A stretch of 64,000 bases of DNA from a virus. This document shows, in pieces, positions 1 through 9,227 of this stretch (positions within the stretch are counted from its first letter, which is position 1; each line of letters starts with the position of its first letter). Made by a program: the position numbers and the translations under genes. Location: positions 1 through 64,000 of IMG/VR virus record IMGVR_UViG_3300026382_000010. One strand, given 5' to 3'. Under the pieces are notes generated by a model. The model saw only the letters and a program-made list of their open reading frames with translations. It ran no database searches and was not told the DNA's origin.

Positions 1-226
1 CGGTATTTCCAGTATGTGAAATGTAAAATTTGTAAGCAATCGATCCAGATTTTGTATCAAACTCTGGAATTAAACCTTTAATTGCAGTACGTGTTAAATC
101 ATCAACTGCATTTGCAAGCTGTTCTATAAATCCGCATAGAGACTTAAATGGATCTTGATTTTCGTCTTCGGAAGCCTCAGTTAAAATGTCAAGCATTAGA
201 ATTTCAGCTTCAGTAAGGAGATTCAT
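1..226 (-). CDS. Partial ORF (runs off left edge); shares N-terminal leader with 620..1750, possible internal head protein
   Basis: Not in ORF track. ATG at 226 overlaps the TAA of 226..507, with GAGGAGG RBS. Reads MNLLTEAEILMLDILTEASEDENQDPF..., open to position 1. Confidence 0.75.
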   Translation of the reverse strand, partial: MNLLTEAEILMLDILTEASEDENQDPFKSLCGFIEQLANAVDDLTRTAIKGLIPEFDTKSGSIAYKFYISHTGNT

Positions 227-507
227 TATTCCTCCTCATTTTTATTTTTATTTTCTTTGTCAGCAACAATAATTCTTACATTTCGTTCTTTATAAGGATA
301 TCCTACATCCTCGCATAAATCTTTAGTCGTCTCATATCCAAACCTACATATTAACAATTTAAAACCCGGATCTCTAATTTCATATGCAGGATTTCCTTGA
401 AAAATTTGCTCCAGCATTTCGTAAAACGCTTCACGTACGGGTTTATCTACATCAAGATACGCTACACGTCTTCCTTCTGAAGTATAGACAGGAAATTCCA
501 ACTTCAT
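226..507 (-). CDS. Hypothetical protein
   Basis: 93 aa, AGGAGGTG RBS upstream. Confidence 0.7.
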   Translation of the reverse strand: MKLEFPVYTSEGRRVAYLDVDKPVREAFYEMLEQIFQGNPAYEIRDPGFKLLICRFGYETTKDLCEDVGYPYKERNVRIIVADKENKNKNEEE

Positions 508-571
508 GAGACACCTCCTTTTTTTGTTTTTTAGGAAATTTTTGAGAATTATTTATACAGATTTTAACAAA

Positions 572-605
572 TAAAAAATAGACTCTCCAGCATACTGCTG
601 GAGAG
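572..605 (-). terminator. Intrinsic terminator
   Basis: Stem CTCTCCAGCA-tac-TGCTGGAGAG (583-605) followed by a T-tract on the minus strand, just after the 620 stop. Confidence 0.85.
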
Positions 606-619
606 CCTTGTATACAACA

Positions 620-1750
620 TTATTTAGCAAATTTTTCTTTTATTACGTCGATTAATACTTTGATTGCAGATCCAAATGCTGCTACCAATGTTAAAATTGC
701 AGCTGCTCCAATTATTGCAAGTGGAAGTCCTTTTAAACCGAGAGTTTTACATGCTGCAAAATACTTCTTGAATAAAGTAATAGGTTTTGTAAGGTGAGCA
801 GTAGTTAAACCTGCAATTTTCTTTCCGATAGCCCATACTGCCAAATACAATGCAATACCTACAGCTAATAATACTGCAACACCTTTAACTCCATATTCAC
901 CTTTAAGAGTTTTATACGCTTTTTGGAAGAGTTCTTTAATTTTACCTAAAACTCCTCCAGATTTAACAGCAGCTATAGTTGCGCTAGCTTCTTTAGTAAA
1001 TGCCTCTAATTTCTTAAGTACTTTCTTTACGTCTTTTTTAGCACAATTGAATACATCTTTAAATTTCTCATCATCAAGTCCAAGTGCTTTTTCTACTACA
1101 CCTTGGAATTTCTTACCAAGCCATACAAGAACACCTAAAGTTTCTGCATAAATTTTCTTGTAAGCATCCATTATTTGATTGTATACGGATATCACTTTTC
1201 TGTAAATTTCCTGAGGATGTTTGTATCGTTTTAATGCTTTTTCAAATTCTTCTTCATCATTGTATCTAAGCTCTTTTAATGCTTTTCCAAAACCAGCTTC
1301 TCTTAAATCGGAAACTGCTCTTTCAAGTTTCTTAATTTCTTCATCTACAAGTTTGTTAAACGCTTCTACTTTATCTTCAATTGCGTCTCTAATTGCTTTT
1401 ATTTCTTTTCTTTTTCTTTCCTCATCATCTTTATACTTTACTCTTGCATATCTTTCAATAACATATTCACATGCATCTTTACATACAGCTGCACTATTTC
1501 TTACGGTTTCTTTTGTCTTAGATATTGCGGATTTTACGTGGCTGAAAGTTTCTAAATTTAACGCAGATGCATCAATGTTTGCTGCAAATGAAGCTACAAG
1601 ACGTCTAGCTTGTTCATCAAGATAATCAGCTACTTTGTTTACTAAATCTGCTAAATTGGAAACACTACCTATGCTAGCAGGAGCTTCAGCGTTTTCAGCC
1701 TCAGTTAAAATATCCAATGCCAAAATTTCTGCTTCAGTAAGTAAGTTCAT
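620..1750 (-). CDS. Helical coiled-coil protein with C-terminal hydrophobic hairpin; candidate internal head/ejection protein
   Basis: 376 aa, AGGAGG RBS, LTEA-containing leader, two hydrophobic segments near the C-terminus. Confidence 0.5.
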   Translation of the reverse strand: MNLLTEAEILALDILTEAENAEAPASIGSVSNLADLVNKVADYLDEQARRLVASFAANIDASALNLETFSHVKSAISKTKETVRNSAAVCKDACEYVIERYARVKYKDDEERKRKEIKAIRDAIEDKVEAFNKLVDEEIKKLERAVSDLREAGFGKALKELRYNDEEEFEKALKRYKHPQEIYRKVISVYNQIMDAYKKIYAETLGVLVWLGKKFQGVVEKALGLDDEKFKDVFNCAKKDVKKVLKKLEAFTKEASATIAAVKSGGVLGKIKELFQKAYKTLKGEYGVKGVAVLLAVGIALYLAVWAIGKKIAGLTTAHLTKPITLFKKYFAACKTLGLKGLPLAIIGAAAILTLVAAFGSAIKVLIDVIKEKFAK

Positions 1751-1809
1751 ATTACAATTCCTCCTGTTTAGATTTGAGTTTCTTTAATTTTGTTAAGCAT
1801 GTTAAAAAC

Positions 1810-3129
1810 TTAAGCATCGGGTTTATCTTTATCTTCTCTAACCCGAATAAATGTAGGATGTCTAAGTTTTCCATCTTTTGTAACTTCTAGAAATTTAACT
1901 TCAACTATTTTACCAATAATTTCTTCAGGATGTTCGAACCATCTTCTCCTATATTCGTATGGTAAACCTGAAACTTTTACATATTGATCCTTATACTTAA
2001 CCAGTAGTGCTTGAATTTCATTTGGACGTTTTGTAGAAGGTACTACATCAACAACAAGTAAATCTAAGGTGTAAAACTTTTTGAATTTTATCCAATAGTA
2101 CGTTCGTTTACCAGGTTCGTAAGGTGCATTACCTAATTTAAGCATTAAACCTTCCCAGCCTTTTGCAACAAGCTTATCGGTTAGTTGTAGAAGATATGCA
2201 ATACTTGGTTTTTCTACTTTATGATGTGGCACGTATATAAGTTTTTCATCATCGTAATGCGATAAAAATTTTTTCAAGTCTTCTTTACGTTTGATATAAG
2301 GACGAGTGTAAACAGAGTTTGCAAGTTCATTTGGATTGCCAATTAAAAAGTCATAGAGGTAATATTTAACAAGTTTTTCTTGACTTGGACTTAATTTGTA
2401 TTTTCTAGAGCTGGAAAAGGCCATTGAGATATTCCAATTTTTTGCATAAATTTCACCGTCGAGGATATAAGTTTCTCCTTTTGGAACTACGGATTGGTAT
2501 TTTTTAATATGAGGAGCAATTACTTCTTCAAAATACGTCATACGTTTACCATTTCTACTATAGCACATGAAGTAGTCTCTGGTTACGAAAGTTACGCAAC
2601 GTAAACCGTCAATTTTAACTTCCCAAAAGCAAGGTTGAGTTTCTAAAAAGTACTCTAATTTACTTTCAGGTACTTTTTCAAACGATTGAGCAAGCATTGG
2701 GTAAAACTTAGTTTCGGTATCTACATCTCCTTTAATTGCTTTTTTGATAAGTTGTAAACCTACTCCTATACGCAAATCTTTTGCAAGTATCCTTTTGTAC
2801 CATTTGCAATGAAATTCATCGCATTTCTTAAAAAATTCTTGAAGTGTTTTAAGCAGTACATTGCCTGATAATTTTCTGAGAGCAATTGCAGTCGCAATGT
2901 TCCAGAATTCTTCAAATGAGGTTGTATATTTTTTACCGCATGGGATTTTTTGAAGGGTTTCGTAAGAAACGTTGAACTTCAAGTTTTTATCAAATACAAG
3001 TTTTACGATTTTCATAAAGATTGCGGGATATAGTTCATATAGTTCGCGAATGATTTCTATTTTAACTTTTTGTTTTGTTTCTTTTTCGAGACGTTCAAAT
3101 ATTTTAAAAATCTCTGTTTCAGGTTTCAT
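1810..3129 (-). CDS. lig: ATP-dependent DNA ligase (T4 gp30-like)
   Basis: Motif I EVKIDGLR, LDGEI, WEGLMLK, WIKFK, LRHPTFIRVREDK. Confidence 0.95.
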   Translation of the reverse strand: MKPETEIFKIFERLEKETKQKVKIEIIRELYELYPAIFMKIVKLVFDKNLKFNVSYETLQKIPCGKKYTTSFEEFWNIATAIALRKLSGNVLLKTLQEFFKKCDEFHCKWYKRILAKDLRIGVGLQLIKKAIKGDVDTETKFYPMLAQSFEKVPESKLEYFLETQPCFWEVKIDGLRCVTFVTRDYFMCYSRNGKRMTYFEEVIAPHIKKYQSVVPKGETYILDGEIYAKNWNISMAFSSSRKYKLSPSQEKLVKYYLYDFLIGNPNELANSVYTRPYIKRKEDLKKFLSHYDDEKLIYVPHHKVEKPSIAYLLQLTDKLVAKGWEGLMLKLGNAPYEPGKRTYYWIKFKKFYTLDLLVVDVVPSTKRPNEIQALLVKYKDQYVKVSGLPYEYRRRWFEHPEEIIGKIVEVKFLEVTKDGKLRHPTFIRVREDKDKPDA

Positions 3130-3136
3130 TATAAAA

Positions 3137-3577
3137 CTACTCCCCGGAAGTTTTTATTAAATCTTTACAAGCCTTATAAATACAGAAGTAGAAGTCGTAA
3201 ATTGCTTTAATCAAGCGTAAATACGTTTTGTAATATGATTTTACTGGCTTAATTGAAAAAGTAATAAAATGATTGCTTCCTTGTCTTGAATGAGTAAAGT
3301 TTTCAAGTTTTTTTGACATTAGTTTGATTGCAGGTTCTAATACGTTTTTCTTATCTTCAATTACAAAGGAAATACATATGTTTTCTAAAACAGTGTAAGC
3401 AGGATCGTGAATAAATGTCACAACTTTACAGCCGAGTTGATTTAAGATTCTTTGAATAGGGTAGATTTTTTCATCAACATCTATCAATTTTGAGTTACTA
3501 CATTTGGGACATTTTTTATCAGTCCATATAGAGTCGTGAAAAATCTCAAAACATTTAGCGCATACTTTCATCAGCAT
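3137..3577 (-). CDS. Zn-ribbon-containing hypothetical protein
   Basis: CAKC...CPKC at N-terminus, GGAGG RBS. Confidence 0.7.
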   Translation of the reverse strand: MLMKVCAKCFEIFHDSIWTDKKCPKCSNSKLIDVDEKIYPIQRILNQLGCKVVTFIHDPAYTVLENICISFVIEDKKNVLEPAIKLMSKKLENFTHSRQGSNHFITFSIKPVKSYYKTYLRLIKAIYDFYFCIYKACKDLIKTSGE

Positions 3578-3598
3578 ACCCTCCTTTTTCTTACTTGA

Positions 3599-4036
3599 TT
3601 ATTTCGTTTTTCGACGCCTACGTTTCTTAAAACCTTCATCTTGTTTCAATACTTTTCGTTCTTCCGGAGTTAAGATGCAAGTCCATATGAAATAAGCTTC
3701 CGATTCGGATGCGTCAGGTTTAATATATCTTCGAACCTTTTGTACGATTTCCTTTAGTTCCTTTTTTGGACTCTTTTCGTTTTTACCATAAAAGATTTTG
3801 TCTTTTTTTGTTAAATTGTATTGACGCACTAACTTTTTTGCTAGCTTCAAATATGAAATTGCTGGAGCATTTAATGTCTGATAGTTATTTAAAACTTGAC
3901 TGAAAACAGATAAGTATTCAGGATGTCCAATGTAACGCGGAATTATTTGTTTTACCATAAATTCATTTTCTAGTAATTCAGGTGTTAAATCGCCATCTTC
4001 AAATAGGAATTTATCGATTTGAGCAAAGATAGACAT
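3599..4036 (-). CDS. Possible clamp-loader small subunit (T4 gp62-like)
   Basis: Size, FMVKQII..VLNNY and SESEAY..ILTPEE patterns recall gp62-family proteins; replication context. Recognition from memory only. Confidence 0.4.
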   Translation of the reverse strand: MSIFAQIDKFLFEDGDLTPELLENEFMVKQIIPRYIGHPEYLSVFSQVLNNYQTLNAPAISYLKLAKKLVRQYNLTKKDKIFYGKNEKSPKKELKEIVQKVRRYIKPDASESEAYFIWTCILTPEERKVLKQDEGFKKRRRRKTK

Positions 4037-4061
4037 GAGACCCTCCTAATCCATTTCTTAT

Positions 4062-4913
4062 TTATAGGATTACAAAATCTTGCTCGGAGTATAGCAAATC
4101 TGAACTAAACTCCTCTTTTTTCAGCAGACATATTTCTTTATAAGGACAGAAATAACATTTGGTTTTTTCAATAAATGGATGATCGAGATTTGGAATTTGT
4201 TTTGTAGCTATTGCTTTTTGAATTTCATTAGCTTTATTTATACAATATTCTACATCGGAATCATTAGGATTATACTCAAATGTAAATACTTTGATAGCAT
4301 CTAGATTTCGCGATATATATAAAAGCTGTCCGTATTTTACAGGTTTTTGTTGTTCAGTTGCAAGTAAATACATATAGAATTTGAGCTGACGAATATGTTC
4401 AATCCGTCCAGTAAAAGACTCGGATTTCAATTCATCAGCCTTGATTGTTTTGATTTCAATGACGTTATAAGAATTGTCATCAAGAATATTAATTGCATCA
4501 ATTCTACCTTTTACTTTAAGTTGCTCTGAATAAATTTCATGCTCAACGTAATCAAATCCAAGCAGTTGTTGTAAAAACTGATGAACAAACTCTCCAACTG
4601 CGGTAATAAGTCCCAAGTATGGATAAACGGATACATTACACTTATCGTAATTAAAGTACTCAAATAAAATTTGACGAATACATTTGGAAGTTAATGAGGA
4701 TACGTATATATAGTCTTTATAAAACATTGAATTCTTTTGCGTAAGTTGAGAATACTCCTTGAGAGCATTTAAAATGTTTTCTTCATCTAATAATTTGGCG
4801 ACATTTGACTGATGCGAAATATCGACATTTATATTCGGCTGTATACTAGATTTTTGCGTTTCTTTTTTCAGAATTCCCGCTTGAATATAATCCAGCAAAT
4901 TTTCTAAATTCAT
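4062..4913 (-). CDS. Cas4-like PD-(D/E)XK exonuclease with 4Fe-4S cluster (solo, phage-type)
   Basis: KCIRQ, GEFVH, GRID...IEIKT, QLKFY, CYFCPYKEIC. Start moved to ATG 4913 (GGGAG RBS). Confidence 0.9.
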   Translation of the reverse strand: MNLENLLDYIQAGILKKETQKSSIQPNINVDISHQSNVAKLLDEENILNALKEYSQLTQKNSMFYKDYIYVSSLTSKCIRQILFEYFNYDKCNVSVYPYLGLITAVGEFVHQFLQQLLGFDYVEHEIYSEQLKVKGRIDAINILDDNSYNVIEIKTIKADELKSESFTGRIEHIRQLKFYMYLLATEQQKPVKYGQLLYISRNLDAIKVFTFEYNPNDSDVEYCINKANEIQKAIATKQIPNLDHPFIEKTKCYFCPYKEICLLKKEEFSSDLLYSEQDFVIL

Positions 4914-4940
4914 TGCAGTATACTCCCAACTAAACTTACG

Positions 4941-4978
4941 AAAAAGAAAAGTTAGGCTGGGTTGCAACCCAGCCTAAC
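4941..4978 (-). terminator. Intrinsic terminator
   Basis: Perfect 28-bp palindrome GTTAGGCTGGGTTGCAACCCAGCCTAAC (4951-4978) plus T-tract on the minus strand. Confidence 0.85.
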
Positions 4979-5383
4979 CTATTTTTGTAACTCAGTGTAG
5001 TATGCATATTTACGAAATGTTTTAAAGATTTTTGGATTTTTTTGCTCACTTAACTGCTTAAATGCTAAATATGCAATATATGCCTTTGTAAGTTTTTCAC
5101 ATAATTTACCTGAACAGAGCTGAATTTTCCTGCTATTTGAAGTCTCAATTAAATGCATTAAAGCATCATCTTTACTTAAAACAGTTGCTAGTTTTTCGGC
5201 AACTTTATGTTTATGTTTTTTAACAAGAGTTTTCATTTCAGATAAAAGTTGATTGACATCTTCATATGTTTCAATATCGCAATGCTCAGCAATTTTTTTA
5301 GCAAGTTTTAATCGTAGCTTTGCAAATTTTTGACTTGAATCAATATACTCAAGTAGTCTCCGAATTATTCGTATCGCGGTCAT
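4979..5383 (-). CDS. Hypothetical basic protein
   Basis: ATG 5383 with GAGGAG RBS. Confidence 0.65.
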   Translation of the reverse strand: MTAIRIIRRLLEYIDSSQKFAKLRLKLAKKIAEHCDIETYEDVNQLLSEMKTLVKKHKHKVAEKLATVLSKDDALMHLIETSNSRKIQLCSGKLCEKLTKAYIAYLAFKQLSEQKNPKIFKTFRKYAYYTELQK

Positions 5384-6512
5384 CAATATTCTCCTCAAGC
5401 AATTGAGTTTCTAGATTTTTCGAAGTTTCAATTTGTTTACGTAATACTTCTTTTAACGTTTCGACATGTTCATCAAAAACTTCCTTGAATTTTGGATCGT
5501 TTTGATAGTACTCATATGCTTTTTTCAAATGGAATTTTTTAGGATACCCTTCCATAGAATAATAGCCACCCGATGCTCCTACTACCTTTAATACATCTCT
5601 CAAATAGAGGAAATTTGTCCAAAATTCACTAAACCCATTTGCATAATCTAAAACCATGTAAAATGGATGAAATGGTGCAACGTATTTGTTCTTCAGAAAT
5701 TTACATTCGGTAATTGCTCCTTGAAATCCAAAACTTCCGGATTTATCAGGTTTTAATTGAGTATACGGTTTCATAAGTAAAACTGAGAATGCTGCAAATA
5801 TTTGTGCTTTACCACCAGGTATTGATTTGTTTTCAAGCCCAGGTAAATTAATCTCGTTTATACCATCAAAAGGCCCAAGCTTTGGTTTCTCTCTAAGCTG
5901 ATTCACTGCAAGTAGTGTAATATTGTATTGTGCAAGATAACCAGTGATAGTTCTAAAGAAAGCTGATAAAATTCTAGCATTCAAACCTAGTGTTTGATTT
6001 ATATCATTTGTCTTTAATTCTTTTTCACTTGGTGTTTGAGCAATAGAATCCCATACGATAATAGTTGGGACTTTAAGATAAGAAGGATCCTTTTTAATTT
6101 TTTCACGTTTAATTGCAATGATTCCCTCAATAGATTCCATTACCTTTTCGAGTGTAATACCTGCATCGCAATATAATACTTTATCAAGTTTTACACCAAG
6201 TTGTTGAAATCTTTTACGGGACATTGCAGCTTCGGTGTCAATTATAAGAATTATTGCGTCTTCATATTTTCTTTGAATTGCTGATACGCATTGTAATGCT
6301 AAAGTAGATTTACCTGCACCAGGATTTGCTAAAAACAAATGGAATTTCCCTAAAGTTATACCACCTCCGCTGTAAATGTCAAATATTGTCAAATTTGTCG
6401 GAATTAAAATATCGTCGTCCTCAGCTTTTTTTCGAACTGGCAAAGATTTGGATTGTAATAAGTCAACTATTTCATCGTATAAATCTTCAGATTGTTTTCT
6501 AGTCTTCGCCAT
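5349..6512 (-). CDS. uvsX: RecA/UvsX-family recombinase
   Basis: Walker A NPGAGKST, IDTE, Walker B IIVWDSIA, VNQLRE, PGGKA, KNK. Confidence 0.93.
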   Translation of the reverse strand: MAKTRKQSEDLYDEIVDLLQSKSLPVRKKAEDDDILIPTNLTIFDIYSGGGITLGKFHLFLANPGAGKSTLALQCVSAIQRKYEDAIILIIDTEAAMSRKRFQQLGVKLDKVLYCDAGITLEKVMESIEGIIAIKREKIKKDPSYLKVPTIIVWDSIAQTPSEKELKTNDINQTLGLNARILSAFFRTITGYLAQYNITLLAVNQLREKPKLGPFDGINEINLPGLENKSIPGGKAQIFAAFSVLLMKPYTQLKPDKSGSFGFQGAITECKFLKNKYVAPFHPFYMVLDYANGFSEFWTNFLYLRDVLKVVGASGGYYSMEGYPKKFHLKKAYEYYQNDPKFKEVFDEHVETLKEVLRKQIETSKNLETQLLEENIDDRDTNNSETT

Positions 6513-6864
6513 CATCACCTCCAATTACTGTAATCGTTTTTTGTAGTTGAGTTAAAATACGAGGATCAAGTTTGACTTGATCCTCAGATGTATCTAATTT
6601 CGATAAAAGCTTGATTTGTTGTAAACGTGTTGATATTGCTGTGGATTGTAACTGTCCAAAAATTCTCAATAACTCAACGTACATTTCATTTTGATTCATT
6701 ACATTCTTACTTTTATATGCATAATAGCTGGTGTCGCGTTTATCTGACAAAATCTGTTTTTGCAAAGTTTGTAGATTACTTTTAATTGTTGAAAGCATTT
6801 CATCAATATCGGATAATCTATTATCCAAATCTTGCATATATTCATCTAGTTTTTTATTTTGCAA
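6499..6864 (-). CDS. Coiled-coil hypothetical protein
   Basis: 121 aa, AGGAGG RBS before TTG. Confidence 0.6.
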   Translation of the reverse strand: MQNKKLDEYMQDLDNRLSDIDEMLSTIKSNLQTLQKQILSDKRDTSYYAYKSKNVMNQNEMYVELLRIFGQLQSTAISTRLQQIKLLSKLDTSEDQVKLDPRILTQLQKTITVIGGDDGED

Positions 6865-6878
6865 AAGAATTCCTCCTT

Positions 6879-8315
6879 TTATACGAGATGTTTTTGAATT
6901 TGTTTCATGTTAAATAGTTGCTTTCGAATTTGAGGCAATAAATGCTTTGCTCTAGGTAGAAAATCATAGAAAATTTTAAGCTCGTAGGCTAAAGCTTCAG
7001 CACGTACTGTAATTAACTTTTGATTCAAGAGATCCAAGTATGTATATCTACATACATTTGTGATAAATTTATGCCAATACTGAGTTTCTTTTGTATAGCG
7101 TTTAAATAGGTTATTTGGATGCTCATACAATTCATCTAAAACATTTTTGATTCCGGTTAATTTAACACGATTTTTCAACTGCTGCTTTACATTTGATGTC
7201 AATAATCGTGGAATTAATTGTAATTTGGCAAAGCGTTTAAGAAAATCGCTGTAATAAAGTACTAAAATTGCACTTTCTTTTTTAGTAAACGGCAATGAAA
7301 CAGTTTCACCAACCGTATAAGTTATTAATGGCGCTACAAATGTATCAAAAAACGGTTTGTTAAAGTTATATTGCTCGTAAAATACAGAGGTTTTCATACC
7401 ATATGTCTTTTCTAAATACTGCATCATATACATCAAATATTTATCGAAAGCAACCTTTAGGCAATAGTCAATATTTGCCTTATAAAAATCATCAAGTTCT
7501 AAATAAGTTAGCGAAACTTGATATACGTCAGTGTATAGGTAATACAGCTGACGACTCAAGAAGTCAATTACAAAACCAATGGGATTATAACTTTTATGCA
7601 TAATAGGAAGAATGTAAAAAAGAATGTTGTAGAAAAATTCGGAAACTACGTAATCTTCGTCTTTAAGCATTACTTCGGATAAAAATTTCCAGATGTTTTC
7701 TCTATTTTTCTTAGAACCGTATACTCTTTGTTTTACGATCACAAAAAGTTTATCAAAAACTCCATGTTTTCGTAAGGGTTCTAGTAAAGTTTCTGTTATT
7801 TTAGTATGCAATCCTGGTGAAAATTTTTTGGAAGTGTAAAAAATTAAACCATATAACTTCATCATCCAGGCATATTGAATCAATAAAAGACTATCTTCCT
7901 CATTTATCTTAACTTTTGCACGAGTATTAGTACGAATTTTTAGTTTCACATTTGGTAAATAATAAGTTTCGAGATATTGCTTTAGGAAATTAAACCCTGC
8001 AAATAAAATGTCAGAGAAAGTAATTTCGTCAATCCAAGAGTTTAAATATAGGTAATATGAGTAGAGAAATTGCTTTGCAAAATCAGGAAACTTCTCGAAA
8101 AAATCATCCAAATCGCTTAAAATATACGGACGAAATTTCCGAGTGATTTTTTGCTCTAATTGAACGGTTACATCTTGTAAAGTCTCGTAAGGATAATTTA
8201 TTCCGTATTCATCGCATGCATACTCATAAATCGACTTACGTGTAGAATCAGTTACACCAACATGTAATCGATACCCTCTGATATTAAACGAAAACCCCAA
8301 AGTCTCATAAAACAT
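6879..8315 (-). CDS. Large helical protein; possible jumbo-phage non-virion RNAP specificity subunit (AR9 gp226-like)
   Basis: ATG 8315 with AGGAGGT RBS. DKLF..V..RV..S....NIW and NIL..ILP....NPI.F...QL.Y patterns recall this family; the family call is tentative. Confidence 0.4.
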   Translation of the reverse strand: MFYETLGFSFNIRGYRLHVGVTDSTRKSIYEYACDEYGINYPYETLQDVTVQLEQKITRKFRPYILSDLDDFFEKFPDFAKQFLYSYYLYLNSWIDEITFSDILFAGFNFLKQYLETYYLPNVKLKIRTNTRAKVKINEEDSLLLIQYAWMMKLYGLIFYTSKKFSPGLHTKITETLLEPLRKHGVFDKLFVIVKQRVYGSKKNRENIWKFLSEVMLKDEDYVVSEFFYNILFYILPIMHKSYNPIGFVIDFLSRQLYYLYTDVYQVSLTYLELDDFYKANIDYCLKVAFDKYLMYMMQYLEKTYGMKTSVFYEQYNFNKPFFDTFVAPLITYTVGETVSLPFTKKESAILVLYYSDFLKRFAKLQLIPRLLTSNVKQQLKNRVKLTGIKNVLDELYEHPNNLFKRYTKETQYWHKFITNVCRYTYLDLLNQKLITVRAEALAYELKIFYDFLPRAKHLLPQIRKQLFNMKQIQKHLV

Positions 8316-8355
8316 AACGAAATACCTCCTTAATTTGCTTGATACAGTGCGAGTA

Positions 8356-8392
8356 AAAATATGAGGGGGCTTTTTATGCCCCCTCATATTTT
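8356..8392. terminator. Hairpin, probable terminator overlapping the stop of 8374..8619
   Basis: AAAATATGAGGGGGC / GCCCCCTCATATTTT inverted repeat. Confidence 0.7.
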
Positions 8393-8619
8393 GCTACAAT
8401 TTGTTTAATCGTATCCTGAATTTCTTCTAGCGTATTTGAATCTACAATTCCATATATATTTACACTGATTCCGATGGGATTACGTACAATCTCAAATCGT
8501 TGAATCAACTCAAAGTTGATGTGAGGAAACTGTTCTCGTAAGGTTTGTTGCAATTCCTTAATCAGTTCATCGGAATACAAATCGATATTGCAAACAGACT
8601 GATATTCAAACGTACTCAT
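8374..8619 (-). CDS. Hypothetical protein
   Basis: 81 aa, GAGGG RBS. Confidence 0.65.
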   Translation of the reverse strand: MSTFEYQSVCNIDLYSDELIKELQQTLREQFPHINFELIQRFEIVRNPIGISVNIYGIVDSNTLEEIQDTIKQIVAKYEGA

Positions 8620-8753
8620 TAATCCCTCACGTTTGATTGATTGTATGATTAATCTAGCAAGATAATCAAATATGCGCTACCTGTTTTCCTAAACTCGAAA
8701 TGCAAAATCAGCAAATTCTTCGTAAATGTAAGATAATCGAATTTCTACATCTG

Positions 8754-8980
8754 GTGTCTTTCACTTTATGCGTTAAACGAAAAGCTTTTATGTAGCTGAT
8801 CGATTGCAAAGCGAAAAAGAATCAGATTTGAGTACGAGGATATCCATCGAGTATTGCATCATACTTTGTGTTGTTCACTTTATGTGAATTTTCTGATTGC
8901 AACAATTGATTTGATTACAAGATCGATTAACCATCGATTACTCACTAGTGTTTCTGCAATACGTGTTTTCTCTTTATGTG
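8754..8980. repeat. Three degenerate 18-19 bp direct repeats (iteron-like)
   Basis: GTGTCTTTCACTTTATGCG (8754), GTGTTGTTCACTTTATGTG (8868), GTGTTTTCTCTTTATGTG (8963). Confidence 0.55.
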
Positions 8981-9155
8981 ATTTTAAAAGAAAGCTAATT
9001 TGCAATAAGGATAGTAAATTGCAACGATACTAGAAAGAGATATACTCACCACATTTTGTGTTTTGATAAGATGATTTGTTAATCTCATTGCTTTTTGAGT
9101 TTACAATAGGTTAATCAAAATTTGAGAAATCAAAATCGGATATGTAATGACTCGT

Positions 9156-9198
9156 TATAGCGGATAACGTAGTCCTATCCGCTATATTTTCTATTTTT
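9156..9198 (+). terminator. Terminator-like hairpin in the non-coding region
   Basis: TATAGCGGATA-9nt-TATCCGCTATA followed by TTTTCTATTTTT. Confidence 0.6.
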
Positions 9199-9227
9199 AC
9201 TTAAGATATTTCTATCTCAAATTTTGA

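Noticed and set aside
8754-9070. Mini CRISPR array from the ~100-nt-spaced repeats
   Set aside because: Repeats are short (18-19 nt) and degenerate, and the spacers (76-95 nt) are too long.
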